A DNA stretch of 64,000 bases, taken from the NCBI GenBank assembly GCA_043822005.1, contig JBDRCE010000031.1, positions 2,513 through 66,512 on the forward strand. The letters run 5' to 3'. Positions within the stretch are counted from its first letter, which is position 1. Each line of letters begins with the position of its first letter. Source of the DNA: Pseudomonadota bacterium (GTDB lineage Bacteria; Pseudomonadota; Alphaproteobacteria; Rhizobiales; Rhizobiaceae). The notes beneath the pieces were generated by a model. It worked only from the letters and a program-made list of their open reading frames with translations. It searched no databases and was not told the origin of the DNA. The translations under genes and the position numbers were made by a program. This document shows positions 42,381 through 51,954 of the stretch, piece after piece.

Positions 42381-43607
42381 GTGCGTGAGCGACTACCGTT
42401 CCGCGCAATGACCGCGCATCCGAATCTCGCCTCCGCGATCACCGCCTCCCTGGCGGCGTTCTCGGGTTTCGGCCGCCCGACGGAGATCGTCGCGCGCGAC
42501 GGTCTCACCTACTTCGTCAACGAGTTCTGGACCGCGCGCCAGCGTCAGTCGTCCAGTCTGCACGAGATCTCCTACCGCGCCTGCTTCAAGGCGGAGCTGC
42601 CGCGCTTCTTCATCGAGCGGCTGACCGAGCCCGGCGAGCTTGTCTACGACCCCTTCATGGGACGCGGGACGACGCCGCTGGAGGCGGCCCTGCTCGGCCG
42701 CCGCGCCGCCGGCAATGACGTGAACCCGCTCTCCGCGATGCTCGTCGGTCCGCGCCTTGCCCCGCCGCCGCTCGACGATGTCCGGGAAGCACTCTCCGCC
42801 ATCGACTTCGACGTCGAGGCGGAGTCCGATCCGGACCTGCTTGCCTTCTATCACCCCGACACGCTGCGCCAGATCGCGGCACTGCGCGCCTGGCTGCTCG
42901 CGCGGGCCGACCGGCTGACACCCGCCGAGCGCTGGATCCGCATGGTCGCGCTCAATCGCCTGACCGGACACTCTTCCGGGTTCTTTTCCGTCTACACCTT
43001 GCCGCCCAACCAGGCGGTTTCGGTTTCCTCGCAGCGGAGAATCAATGCACGGCGCGGCCAGACCCCGCCCCCGCGCGATGTCGCCGCGATCACCCTGCGC
43101 AAATCGGCCCGCCTGCTTGGCGAGACCGTGCCGCAACCGACGGAGCCCGCGGTTCTTACGATCGGACGAGCCTCCCGCACGCCGGCCTTTGCCGATGCCT
43201 CGGTCGCGCTCTGCGTCACCTCACCGCCCTTCCTCGACGTCGTCGACTATGCCGGCGACAATTGGCTGCGCTGCTGGTTCGCGGGCATCGACCCGAAGAC
43301 GGTCGCCATCGATCAACACCGGACCGTGGCGGAATGGACCGCATTCGTGCGCGGGGCGCTCGCGGAGCTGGCGCGCGTCGTGCGCCCGGGCGGACATATC
43401 GCCTTCGAGGTCGGGGAAGTGCGCGGCGGCAAGGTCCTGCTCGAGAGGCATGTTGCCGAGGCCGCTCAGGGCCTGCCGCTGGACCTCATCGGCGTCATCG
43501 TCAACGACCAGGCCTTCACCAAGACGGCGAACTGCTGGGGGGTCGGCAACAACTCGCGCGGCACCAACACCAACCGCATCTGCCTGTTCCGCCGCCGTGG
43601 CGCATGA
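42381..43607 (+). CDS. Solitary SAM-dependent (probably DNA N6-A/N4-C) methyltransferase
   Basis: VYDPFMGRGTTPLEAALLGRRAAGNDVNP (motif I) upstream of CVTSPPFLDVVDY (motif IV-like SPPF). No nuclease gene adjacent. Confidence 0.65.
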   Translation: MRERLPFRAMTAHPNLASAITASLAAFSGFGRPTEIVARDGLTYFVNEFWTARQRQSSSLHEISYRACFKAELPRFFIERLTEPGELVYDPFMGRGTTPLEAALLGRRAAGNDVNPLSAMLVGPRLAPPPLDDVREALSAIDFDVEAESDPDLLAFYHPDTLRQIAALRAWLLARADRLTPAERWIRMVALNRLTGHSSGFFSVYTLPPNQAVSVSSQRRINARRGQTPPPRDVAAITLRKSARLLGETVPQPTEPAVLTIGRASRTPAFADASVALCVTSPPFLDVVDYAGDNWLRCWFAGIDPKTVAIDQHRTVAEWTAFVRGALAELARVVRPGGHIAFEVGEVRGGKVLLERHVAEAAQGLPLDLIGVIVNDQAFTKTANCWGVGNNSRGTNTNRICLFRRRGA

Positions 43608-43800
43608 GCGATTCGCGATGAGCCGCGACATCTTGTCAATCTGCCAGCCTTCTGCCATATCTTGAGATGTTCGGGCACTGACTGACCCGGAGACTGGATG
43701 AGTTTTGGACCACCTTTCCCCGACATCGTGACGATCCGACGCCGCGACCCTGTGCACACCGCGCAGACGCTTATTACCCCACGGGAAAAGGAGATTCCCA

Positions 43801-44013
43801 TTGTCCCAGACCGGCACCGTTAAATTCTTCAATGCAACCAAGGGCTTCGGCTTCATCACGCCGGATGGCGGCGCGAAGGACGTCTTCGTGCACATCTCGG
43901 CGATCGAAAAGTCGGGCATGCGCACCCTGGTCGACGGCCAGAAGGTGTCGTTCGACATCGAGCCGGATCGCATGGGCAAGGGCCCGAAGGCGGTCAACCT
44001 CCGCTCGTCCTGA
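43801..44013 (+). CDS. cspA: Cold-shock protein (CspA family)
   Basis: [20 protein letters not shown]...VFVHISA RNP motifs. TTG start 6 nt after AGGAGA. Confidence 0.95.
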   Translation: MSQTGTVKFFNATKGFGFITPDGGAKDVFVHISAIEKSGMRTLVDGQKVSFDIEPDRMGKGPKAVNLRSS

Positions 44014-44046
44014 TCCGCAATCGTCGGATTGATTTCGGAAACCAGG

Positions 44047-44074
44047 GCGCGGCGTCTATGACGCCGCGCTTTTG
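44047..44074 (+). terminator. Rho-independent terminator after cspA
   Basis: GCGCGGCGTC-tat-GACGCCGCGC perfect 10-bp stem followed by TTTTGG. Confidence 0.75.
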
Positions 44075-44177
44075 GCATTTGCCGTTGCTTAACCCTCCCC
44101 CGGCATCGGCTTTGCTGCGATCTGCTTTCATGCGATGATCCATTATCCGGTATTAACCGGCAGACTGGAGGGTCATC

Positions 44178-44600
44178 ATGCGCATTCCCAGGTTCCTAGC
44201 CGCGCTCGCGCTTTTAGCCGCGTCGGCTTTGTCATTGCCGGCGAGTGCCGGCCAGCTCTCGCAGTCCCCTGCCCTGTCCGACGGCCTGATCGTCAATGTC
44301 GGCGGCTGCCATCGCGACGTCGAGCGGCACTATGTTCCCGAATACGGCCGTCGCGCCTGGCACTACCATCGCGGCAGCAGCTGCCGGCCAAGACGCGTCG
44401 AAGGCCCCGGCTTCATTCCCGGTCCCCCGCGGCCGGTGGATTGTCACCGCGACGCGCGCCGGCACTATCTGCCTGAGTACGGCGAACGGGTCGTCCACCG
44501 CCATGTCGGAGACAGCTGCCGCGTGCGCATCCTGAGACGCGCGGAGACATTCCGTCCCGGCGCCTGCGTGACCGTCGGTCCGATCACCTTCTGCGACTGA
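44178..44600 (+). CDS. Secreted Cys/His-rich protein with an internal tandem repeat
   Basis: Signal peptide MRIPRFLAALALLAASALSLPASA. Two copies of CHRDxxRHYxPEYGxRxxHxHxGxSCR. Confidence 0.6.
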   Translation: MRIPRFLAALALLAASALSLPASAGQLSQSPALSDGLIVNVGGCHRDVERHYVPEYGRRAWHYHRGSSCRPRRVEGPGFIPGPPRPVDCHRDARRHYLPEYGERVVHRHVGDSCRVRILRRAETFRPGACVTVGPITFCD

Positions 44601-44890
44601 CGGCATCGGCCTCCCGGGAGCCAGGACCGGGAGGCTGGGCCACGCCGAAAGTTTCGCTTGCTCCAGCGCTGATTTTGTTGACTATTCGGGCTTCGGGTAA
44701 TTGCCGGCCCGGAGACTGTGTCTGCTTGCCTGAGGAAAGCGCGCGCTTCCACGGGTGAATCGCCGAAAGAGTGAGCCGCAGGGGCGGCTCCGATGCGATT
44801 GCGTGAACTGCATCTCCTCCAGTGACCAACCGAGCGCGCTCGCGTCTTCGACCGGCGCGGCAAGACAGGCGACTGAAAAGGGAGCATGCA

Positions 44891-45106
44891 ATGGGCCAGA
44901 TGAGCGGCACCGTCAAATTCTTCAATCATGCCAAGGGTTTCGGATTCATCACACCCGATGGCGGGGCCAAGGACATCTTCGTGCACATTTCCGCGGTGCA
45001 GGCATCGGGCCTGGACGGATTGCAGGACGGCCAGAAGGTCTCCTTCGACACCGAACCGGACAAGCGCGGCAAGGGTCCGAAGGCGGTCAACCTGACCGTC
45101 GGCTGA
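44891..45106 (+). CDS. cspA: Cold-shock protein (CspA family), second paralogue
   Basis: [39 protein letters not shown] 6 nt upstream of ATG 44891. Confidence 0.95.
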   Translation: MGQMSGTVKFFNHAKGFGFITPDGGAKDIFVHISAVQASGLDGLQDGQKVSFDTEPDKRGKGPKAVNLTVG

Positions 45107-45214
45107 CCGGCAGTGGAATGCCGTGCTGAACCGGCCATTCAGCCCCGGTTCAGACGGGCGATGCGATATCAGGGACGCGTGCAGCGATATCACCTGCATC
45201 GCGCGGAGACTGAT

Positions 45215-45511
45215 ATGACCTTGAAGTGTCGCATCTTGCTTGGCGCCGCCCTGGCGCTTGGATTGGGCGTGTCCGCCGCGAGCGCCGCGGGCAACGGCGC
45301 GATCGAGCGGCCCGCGCCTGAGCATCCTGCCGTCTCCGGAAAACCGATCCAAATGAGACCGAACCACGATCTCGCGGCGACGCTGAACGCCATCGTCGCG
45401 GCCCAGATCGCGGCGCAGAACCGCCCCCAGGCCGGGCAATCGAACCCCTATCGCCTGCCGCGGCCGCGTCCGGACCGCGAATATCTCGTCGAGATGGCCA
45501 AGGGCGAATAG
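45215..45511 (+). CDS. Small secreted hypothetical protein
   Basis: MTLKCRILLGAALALGLGVSAASA signal peptide at the internal ATG of track ORF 45113..45511. Confidence 0.5.
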   Translation: MTLKCRILLGAALALGLGVSAASAAGNGAIERPAPEHPAVSGKPIQMRPNHDLAATLNAIVAAQIAAQNRPQAGQSNPYRLPRPRPDREYLVEMAKGE

Positions 45512-45524
45512 CGTTCCCTTGGCT

Positions 45525-46163
45525 TCAGACGAGGAACGGGTTCGAGCGGCGTTGGTCGCCAAACCTGCTGCCGGGTCCGTGCCCGCAGATGAAGCCGACA
45601 TCGTCGCCGAGCGGCAGCAGCTTTTCCTTGATCGAGCGGATCAGCGCGGCGTGGTCGCCGCCCGGCAGGTCGGTCCGGCCGACCGAGCCGTTGAACAGCA
45701 CGTCGCCGACATGCGCGAAGCGCGCCTTGCGGTCGAAGTAGACCACGTGCCCGGGGGCATGGCCCGGGCAGTGGAACACTTCGAAGACATGATCGCCGAA
45801 GGATACGGTGTCGCCCTCGGCGAGGAAGCGGTCGGGTGTGCAGTTGCGCAGGCCGCCGACGCCGAAACTAGACGCCTGCTTTTCGATATTGGCGAGCAGG
45901 GGCGCGTCGGCGACATGCGGTCCGATGATCTCGACCCCGAGGCGCTCCTTCAACTCCGCCGCACCGCCAGCATGATCGAGATGGCCGTGGGTGAGCCATA
46001 TCTCGCCGATCGAAAATCCGTTGTCCTCGATCGCCTTCACCAGCACGTCGACATCGCCGCCCGGATCGACGATCACGCCGGCCTTGGTCTCGTCGTCATA
46101 GAGGATGGTGCAGTTCTGCTGGAACGGCGTGACCTGGATGATCCCGGCATTCAGTCGACCCAT
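45525..46163 (-). CDS. MBL-fold metallo-hydrolase (glyoxalase II-like)
   Basis: WLTHGHLDHAGGA HxHxDH motif. 212 aa. Confidence 0.9.
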   Translation of the reverse strand: MGRLNAGIIQVTPFQQNCTILYDDETKAGVIVDPGGDVDVLVKAIEDNGFSIGEIWLTHGHLDHAGGAAELKERLGVEIIGPHVADAPLLANIEKQASSFGVGGLRNCTPDRFLAEGDTVSFGDHVFEVFHCPGHAPGHVVYFDRKARFAHVGDVLFNGSVGRTDLPGGDHAALIRSIKEKLLPLGDDVGFICGHGPGSRFGDQRRSNPFLV

Positions 46164-46228
46164 CGGTGGCCTTCCCTATGTCTGCGACGCTGCAGCGACT
46201 TATCCGTGGGATGGCGGGACGTCCACCC

Positions 46229-46259
46229 AAAAGAAACGGGCGGCCAGCGGGCCGCCCGT
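46229..46259 (-). terminator. Rho-independent terminator downstream of the 98-aa membrane protein gene
   Basis: Minus strand: ACGGGCGGCC-cgct-GGCCGCCCGT 10-bp stem followed by TTCTTTT. Confidence 0.65.
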
Positions 46260-46285
46260 CGGCAGCGGGGCGTAGAGCTTCCGCC

Positions 46286-46582
46286 TTACTTCTTCATCGC
46301 GTTCATGACGAAGCCGACGATGGCGGTCAGGATCGCACCGCCGCCCGCGCCGCCCACGATGTTCTCGATGTTGAGCGAGCTTGCGAGACCGCCGGCCGCG
46401 GCCGGATCGACGGCACCGCCGAGGAGGCTACCCAGGATCGCCGCGCCGCCGACGCCTCCGACCGCTCCGCTGATGATTTTGGGGAGTTGACCCATCGCAG
46501 CCTGCTTGATGGCCGCGCCCACCGCCTGGCCGCCGATGATCCCCGTGATGATCTGTATGATGATCGGAAGAAGTGCATCCAT
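46286..46582 (-). CDS. Small glycine-zipper membrane protein (GlsB/YeaQ/YmgE-like)
   Basis: 98 aa with GxxxG-rich hydrophobic helices (IITGIIGGQAVGAAI, GGAGGGAILTAIVGFV). Confidence 0.6.
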   Translation of the reverse strand: MDALLPIIIQIITGIIGGQAVGAAIKQAAMGQLPKIISGAVGGVGGAAILGSLLGGAVDPAAAGGLASSLNIENIVGGAGGGAILTAIVGFVMNAMKK

Positions 46583-46680
46583 GTGTGTGTCCTTTCCCCT
46601 CGAAACGCAGACGCGACCGCCGATCGGCAGCGTCGCCCTCAGTGAGAGCGCGTATTAGACCAAAGTCAAATAACGCTGGG

Positions 46681-46713
46681 GAAAACAGGTCGGGCGGCCG
46701 ATGGCCGCCCGTC
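46681..46713 (-). terminator. Rho-independent terminator after ilvE
   Basis: Minus strand: CGGGCGGCC-atc-GGCCGCCCG stem followed by a C-interrupted T tract (CTGTTTTCC). Confidence 0.6.
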
Positions 46714-46738
46714 TTCATATATCCGCGGTAAACTGGAG

Positions 46739-47632
46739 CTATTCCGCCGCGATCGCGTGCTTGGGCTGCACTTCGGCCGAGTAGTCGTTCATCAGGTTGC
46801 GCGAGATTTCGCCGGGCGTGAACCGGTAGGGGCCGATCTCGGAGACGGGGGTGACCTCGGCCGCCGTGCCGGACAGGAAGCACTCGGAGAAGCCCGTGAG
46901 TTCCTCGGGCATGATCGCGCGCTCGACGACGCTGTAGCCGCGGCGCTTGGCGAGGTCGATCACGGTGCGGCGGGTGATGCCGTCGAGGAAGCAGTCGGGC
47001 GTCGGCGTGTGCAGCGCGCCGTCCTTGACGAAGAAGATGTTGGCACCTGTCGCCTCCGCCACCTGGCCGCGCCAGTCGAGCATCATCGCATCGGCATAGC
47101 CCTTGGCCTCCGCCGCATGCTTGGAGATGGTGCAGATCATGTAGAGACCCGCGGCCTTCGACTTCGACGGCGCGGTGCGCGGGTCGGGCCGGCAATACTC
47201 GGCGATGTCGAGCTTGATGCCCTTCAGCTTCTGCTCCGGATCGAAATAGCTCGGCCACTGCCAGATGGCGACGGCGCAATTGATGCGGTTGTGCTGCGCC
47301 GACACGCCCATCATCTCCGAGCCGCGCCAGGCGATCGGGCGGACATAGGCGTCGGAAAAGCCCTGCTTGCGCAGCAATTCGCGGCAGGCATCGTCAATCT
47401 CGGCGACCGAATAGGGGATGGTGAAGCCGAGGATCCGCCCGGATTCATGCAGACGTGTAGTGTGTTCGGTCAGCTTGAAGATCTCGCCGCCATAGGCGCG
47501 CTCGCCCTCGAAGACGGCGCTCGCATAGTGAAGGCCGTGGGTCAGCACATGGATCTTTGCATCCGCCCATTTGACGAATTCGCCGTTCATCCAGATGTAG
47601 CCATCGAGTTTGTCGAATGGAACCGATGCCAT
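46739..47632 (-). CDS. ilvE: Branched-chain amino acid aminotransferase
   Basis: Start MASVPFDKLDGYIWMNGEFV. HGLHYASAVFEGERAY and class IV aminotransferase blocks. Confidence 0.95.
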   Translation of the reverse strand: MASVPFDKLDGYIWMNGEFVKWADAKIHVLTHGLHYASAVFEGERAYGGEIFKLTEHTTRLHESGRILGFTIPYSVAEIDDACRELLRKQGFSDAYVRPIAWRGSEMMGVSAQHNRINCAVAIWQWPSYFDPEQKLKGIKLDIAEYCRPDPRTAPSKSKAAGLYMICTISKHAAEAKGYADAMMLDWRGQVAEATGANIFFVKDGALHTPTPDCFLDGITRRTVIDLAKRRGYSVVERAIMPEELTGFSECFLSGTAAEVTPVSEIGPYRFTPGEISRNLMNDYSAEVQPKHAIAAE

Positions 47633-47828
47633 GTCACTCTCCTTGGCCGTGTCGGCCTCTTTGTTCGCCGTCTTCCAATCTAGTCCCGGCGGTGGAAATC
47701 CGCCACCGTCGCCCGTCAGGTCCCGGTCGTGGGCCATCCGCAGGAAGGAAGTTACGGGAAAAGCGTTCATCCCTTGGCTTTTCGGTCGCCAAGCGCCGAA
47801 AAGCTTGCCAAAAATTACCAGCAGCCCT

Positions 47829-47857
47829 AATTTATGTCAACAAGGCTGACATAAATT
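47829..47857. promoter_or_regulatory. Perfect 11-bp inverted repeat, candidate MarR operator
   Basis: AATTTATGTCA-N7-TGACATAAATT. It ends 21 nt upstream of the MarR-family gene start, in the ilvE/marR divergent spacer. Confidence 0.45.
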
Positions 47858-47878
47858 TTCCAAGCGACACGGGAACCG

Positions 47879-48409
47879 ATGCAGGCACGCGCCAAAACGA
47901 CACCTGATCCGATTCGATCGGCGCTCAGCGGCGAGAACGGAATCGACTTCGCGATCATCGAGCTTTTCTTCTTTGCCTATCGCGACTTCACGTCCGATCC
48001 GGACCAGATCCTCGAGCAATACGGCTTCGGCCGGGCGCATCACCGCGTCGTACATTTCGTCAACCGGCGGCCTGGATTGACGGTCGCCGAACTGCTCGAC
48101 GTCTTGCAGATCACCAAGCAGAGCCTCGCGCGCGTGTTGAAACAGCTCATCGACACGGGCTATATTGTCCAGGTTCAAGGGCTCAAGGACCGTCGTCAAC
48201 GCGAGCTCTATCCGACCGCCAAGGGACGGGAACTGGCCCTCGCGCTCGCCACGCCACAGTCCCGCCGCATCGCCGAGGCAATCCGGAACTACGGCCCGGT
48301 CGAGCGGGAGGCGATCGAGGGTTTTCTGCGCGGAATGGTCAAGCCCGAACTCAGGGTCCAGGTCGATGAACTTCCGGGCTCGAAGTCCGGCGAAGGGACG
48401 AGGAGATGA
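47879..48409 (+). CDS. MarR family transcriptional regulator
   Basis: Winged HTH: LTVAELLDVLQITKQSLARVLKQLIDTGYIVQVQGLKDRRQREL. Confidence 0.9.
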   Translation: MQARAKTTPDPIRSALSGENGIDFAIIELFFFAYRDFTSDPDQILEQYGFGRAHHRVVHFVNRRPGLTVAELLDVLQITKQSLARVLKQLIDTGYIVQVQGLKDRRQRELYPTAKGRELALALATPQSRRIAEAIRNYGPVEREAIEGFLRGMVKPELRVQVDELPGSKSGEGTRR

Positions 48410-49113
48410 CCGAGGAACAACGGACGCCACCGGGAGACGACGCGCCGCATCTGCTCGTGGTCGACGACGACACGCGCATCCGCAATCTCCTGAAGCAGTT
48501 CCTGACCGGCAACGGCTTCCGTGTGACGGTGGCCGGCACGGCTGCCGAAGCGCGCCGGCACCTCGACGGACTGGATTTCGATCTTCTCGTGCTGGACGTC
48601 ATGATGCCCGGCGAATCCGGCGTGGAGCTCACAAGGGCGCTTCGCGCCGACAAGAACACGCCGATCCTGATGCTGACCGCGCTGTCGGAGACCGACAGCC
48701 GGATTGCCGGGCTTGAGGCAGGCGCGGACGACTATCTTCCGAAACCGTTCGATCCGCGCGAACTTATCCTGCGCGTCAACAATATCCTGCGCCGCGGCGG
48801 CCCGCCCGCGACGCCCAAGGTCGAGCAGATCGTCTTCGGCCCCTACACGTTCCAGATCGCACGGCGCGAGCTGAAGAAGGGCGGCGAGACGATCAGGCTC
48901 ACCGACCGCGAGCAGGACATCCTCTCCGTCTTCGCCGGCCGCATCGGCGAGACCATTCCGCGGCATGAACTCGTCGGCGGCGAAGCCGAAGTCGGCGAGC
49001 GCACCATCGACGTGCAGATCAACCGGTTGCGGCGCAAGATCGAGCGCGATCCGGCCAACCCCGTATGGCTGCAGACCGTGCGCGGGGTCGGCTACAGGCT
49101 GAGCGTCGAGTAG
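48406..49113 (+). CDS. OmpR-family response regulator
   Basis: Receiver domain (LLVVDDD, DLLVLDVMMPG, KP) plus a winged-helix output (VRGVGYRL). ATGA overlap with the marR-like gene. Confidence 0.92.
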   Translation: MTEEQRTPPGDDAPHLLVVDDDTRIRNLLKQFLTGNGFRVTVAGTAAEARRHLDGLDFDLLVLDVMMPGESGVELTRALRADKNTPILMLTALSETDSRIAGLEAGADDYLPKPFDPRELILRVNNILRRGGPPATPKVEQIVFGPYTFQIARRELKKGGETIRLTDREQDILSVFAGRIGETIPRHELVGGEAEVGERTIDVQINRLRRKIERDPANPVWLQTVRGVGYRLSVE

Positions 49114-49132
49114 GCCCGGCCGAGGGAGGGAT

Positions 49133-50545
49133 ATGGCCGCGACAGACCCCACCGACCTCCGACACGGCGGCATCGATGCTTTCGTACGCCGTTGGCGGCC
49201 GCGCGGCCCGCTGATCTGGCGCAGGACGTGGCGGCGCATCTCTCACTACATGCCCAAGGGCCTCTATGCCCGCTCGCTCATCATCGTCATTGCCCCGATG
49301 ATCCTGCTTCAGGGCGTGGTCGCCTTCGTCTTCATGGAACGCCACTGGCAGCTTGTCACACAGCGCCTGTCGACCGCGGTGGTGCGCGACATCGCCGCGA
49401 TCATCGACATGATCGAGACATATCCGCCGGGCGACAACTATGCGGACGTGATCCGCATTTCGCAGGAGCGGCTCGCGCTCAAGATCGATCTCCTGCCGCC
49501 GGACCCCCTGCCCGCTCCGGGGCCGAAGCCCTTCTTCTCGATCCTCGACGGCATTCTCTCGACCGAGATCACGACGCAGATCAACCGTCCGTTCTGGATC
49601 GACACGGTGGGCAATTCGAGCATCGTCGAGATCCGCATCCAGCTCGAGGACAAGGTTCTGCGCGTCTTTGCCAGGCGCAGCCAGGCCTACGCCTCCAACA
49701 GCCATATCTTCGTGGTCTGGATGGTCGTCACCTCGCTGGTGTTGCTGACCATCGCGATCCTGTTCCTGCGCAACCAGATCCGGCCGATCCAGAAGCTCGC
49801 CGAAGCCGCCGACCTGTTCGGCAAGGGCCGCTCGCCCCCGGCCGATTTCCAGCCGCGCGGCGCCGAGGAGGTGCGGCGCGCCGGGCTCGCCTTCATCCAG
49901 ATGCGCGAGCGCATCGAGCGCCAGATCGAGCAGCGCACGGCCATGCTGACCGGCGTCAGCCACGACCTGCGCACCATCCTGACCCGCTTCCGCCTGCAGC
50001 TCGCGCTGAGCGGCTCGAAGGCCGACGTCGCCGCGCTGGAACAGGACATCGACGACATGCAGTCGATGCTCGAGGGCTATCTCGCGTTCGCGCGCGGCGA
50101 GGCTTCCGAGGACACCGGCTCTCTCGACCTCGGCACGCTCTTCGAGCGGTTGAAGGAAGAAGCGGGCCTGCGCAAGAGAACCTTGAAGATCGCGTTGGTC
50201 GGAGAGCCGCAGGTGCATGTGCGGCCCCATGCCTTCACGCGGCTCGCCAGCAACCTCGTCGGCAATGCCTTCCGCTACGCAAAGAATGTGAACGTGACGG
50301 TCACTCATCGCCGGGGATCGCTGACGATGATCGTCGACGACGATGGACCCGGCATTCCGACCGATCGCCGCGAAGACGTCTTCAAGCCGTTCGTGCGGCT
50401 GGACGAGGCGCGCAACCAGGACGCGAGCGGCACCGGCCTCGGCCTGTCGATCGCCCGCGACATCGCCCGCAGCCATGGCGGCGACATTTCACTCGACGAC
50501 AGTCCGATGGGTGGTCTGCGCGCGGTCGTGAGGGTTCCTGCCTAG
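49133..50545 (+). CDS. EnvZ-like sensor histidine kinase
   Basis: Two TM segments, HAMP, GVSHDLRTILT H-box, and N/G1/G2 boxes (NAFRYA, DDGPGIP, GTGLGLSIA). Confidence 0.9.
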   Translation: MAATDPTDLRHGGIDAFVRRWRPRGPLIWRRTWRRISHYMPKGLYARSLIIVIAPMILLQGVVAFVFMERHWQLVTQRLSTAVVRDIAAIIDMIETYPPGDNYADVIRISQERLALKIDLLPPDPLPAPGPKPFFSILDGILSTEITTQINRPFWIDTVGNSSIVEIRIQLEDKVLRVFARRSQAYASNSHIFVVWMVVTSLVLLTIAILFLRNQIRPIQKLAEAADLFGKGRSPPADFQPRGAEEVRRAGLAFIQMRERIERQIEQRTAMLTGVSHDLRTILTRFRLQLALSGSKADVAALEQDIDDMQSMLEGYLAFARGEASEDTGSLDLGTLFERLKEEAGLRKRTLKIALVGEPQVHVRPHAFTRLASNLVGNAFRYAKNVNVTVTHRRGSLTMIVDDDGPGIPTDRREDVFKPFVRLDEARNQDASGTGLGLSIARDIARSHGGDISLDDSPMGGLRAVVRVPA

Positions 50546-51078
50546 AGCCGCCGCCTGACCCGCCACTTCGCGTGGATCGCGCCGTTGGCGAGCGGCTTGG
50601 CGAAATCGAGGTCGAGCCAGCGGTCGGGCTGCGCGCCCCCGAACGCCGGGATACCCGCGCCGAGCACGATCGGAATGATGCCGGTCTCGATCGTGTCGAG
50701 CAGTCCAGCGTCGAGAAACTGACGCGCGAGTTCCCCGCCGCCGAACATCCATATACGCCCGTCGGCGCCACGCTCGCGCAGGCGGGCAACAAGTTCCGCC
50801 GGCGTGCCTGCGAGCACCTCGGCATTGTCCGGCAAGTCCTCGACAGGGCGGCTTGTGGCGACCACGCAGGGCCATTTCGCATAGTCCCAGCGCCCGTCGC
50901 GGCGAGTAACATCATAGGTGCCACGGCCCATGACGATGCCACTGACGGAGGCGAGGAAGCTGTCGAAGTCGAAATCGGCATCGGCGGGGTAGTCGTCGAG
51001 CCAGTCGAAGCTGCCATCCTGCCGGGCGATGAACCCGTCGAGCGACATGGCGAACATGTAGATGATTTCGGGCTGCAT
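50542..51078 (-). CDS. Dihydrofolate reductase family protein (RibD C-terminal-like)
   Basis: MQPEIIYMFAMSLDGFIARQDGSFDWL...IVMGRGTY. GGAGGA RBS upstream of ATG 51078. Confidence 0.8.
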   Translation of the reverse strand: MQPEIIYMFAMSLDGFIARQDGSFDWLDDYPADADFDFDSFLASVSGIVMGRGTYDVTRRDGRWDYAKWPCVVATSRPVEDLPDNAEVLAGTPAELVARLRERGADGRIWMFGGGELARQFLDAGLLDTIETGIIPIVLGAGIPAFGGAQPDRWLDLDFAKPLANGAIHAKWRVRRRL

Positions 51079-51169
51079 GGCGGTCCTCCGTAAGGACGCC
51101 GCCGATACCACCGCGCATGCGCGGCTTGAAGCATGGCGCCGAAAGCTCCTGACGCGTCTTGTCAGGAGG

Positions 51170-51928
51170 TCATGACTTGTCGCCGAACAGCTTCTTCAGC
51201 ATCGCGGCCATGGGGCCACTTTCGGGCAGCTTGACCTGGGGTTGCTGCGGGCGCGCCTGGCGAATGTGGCTCACGCCTTTCGCCTTCGGTAATCCGTCGC
51301 CGCTGCTCCCGCTCGTGGACGGCGTTCCCCCGCCCGAGGCGCCGCCACTGCCTTTGGCGCCGCCCGGAACGGCGAGCGTCACCTTGTTCATGAAGGAGTT
51401 GTCGTCGCCATTGGCCAGCAGCGGGGCATGTTCGCCGATCGCGTCGATCAGCGGCTCCAGCCAGTCGCGGTCGGCCTTGGCGAAGTCGCCGAGCACGTAG
51501 GAATGGACCAGTTCCTTGACGCCCGGGTGGCCGATGCCGATGCGCACGCGCTTGTAGGGACTGCCGATGTGCTGGTCGAGCGAGCGGATGCCGTTGTGGC
51601 CGCCCGCGCCGCCGCCGACCTTGACCCGCACCTTGCCCGGCGCGAGATCGAGTTCGTCGTAGAGGACAACCACCTCGGCTGGGGTGAGCTTGTAGAAGCG
51701 CATGGCTTCGCCGACCGCCTGGCCGGACAGGTTCATGAACGTCTGCGGCTTGATGAGGAGGATCTTCTCGCCGCCGAGCGTGCCCTCGGCGATCAGGCCG
51801 TGGAACTTCTTCGTCCAGGGCGAAAACGAATGGCGGCGGGCAATCGCGTCCACCGCCATGAAGCCGACATTGTGCCGGTGGTTCTGGTACTGCGCGCCGG
51901 GGTTTCCGAGACCTGCGAAGATGAGCAT
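51170..51928 (-). CDS. pth: Peptidyl-tRNA hydrolase (with Gly/Ser-rich C-terminal tail)
   Basis: [27 protein letters not shown]. Confidence 0.95.
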   Translation of the reverse strand: MLIFAGLGNPGAQYQNHRHNVGFMAVDAIARRHSFSPWTKKFHGLIAEGTLGGEKILLIKPQTFMNLSGQAVGEAMRFYKLTPAEVVVLYDELDLAPGKVRVKVGGGAGGHNGIRSLDQHIGSPYKRVRIGIGHPGVKELVHSYVLGDFAKADRDWLEPLIDAIGEHAPLLANGDDNSFMNKVTLAVPGGAKGSGGASGGGTPSTSGSSGDGLPKAKGVSHIRQARPQQPQVKLPESGPMAAMLKKLFGDKS

Positions 51929-51954
51929 GGCTTCGGCCTATCCGGCGCGAGTGA

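Noticed and set aside
45122-45152. CTGAACCGG...CCGGTTCAG hairpin after the second cspA, considered as a terminator.
   Set aside because: No T tract follows the stem, so I left it uncalled.
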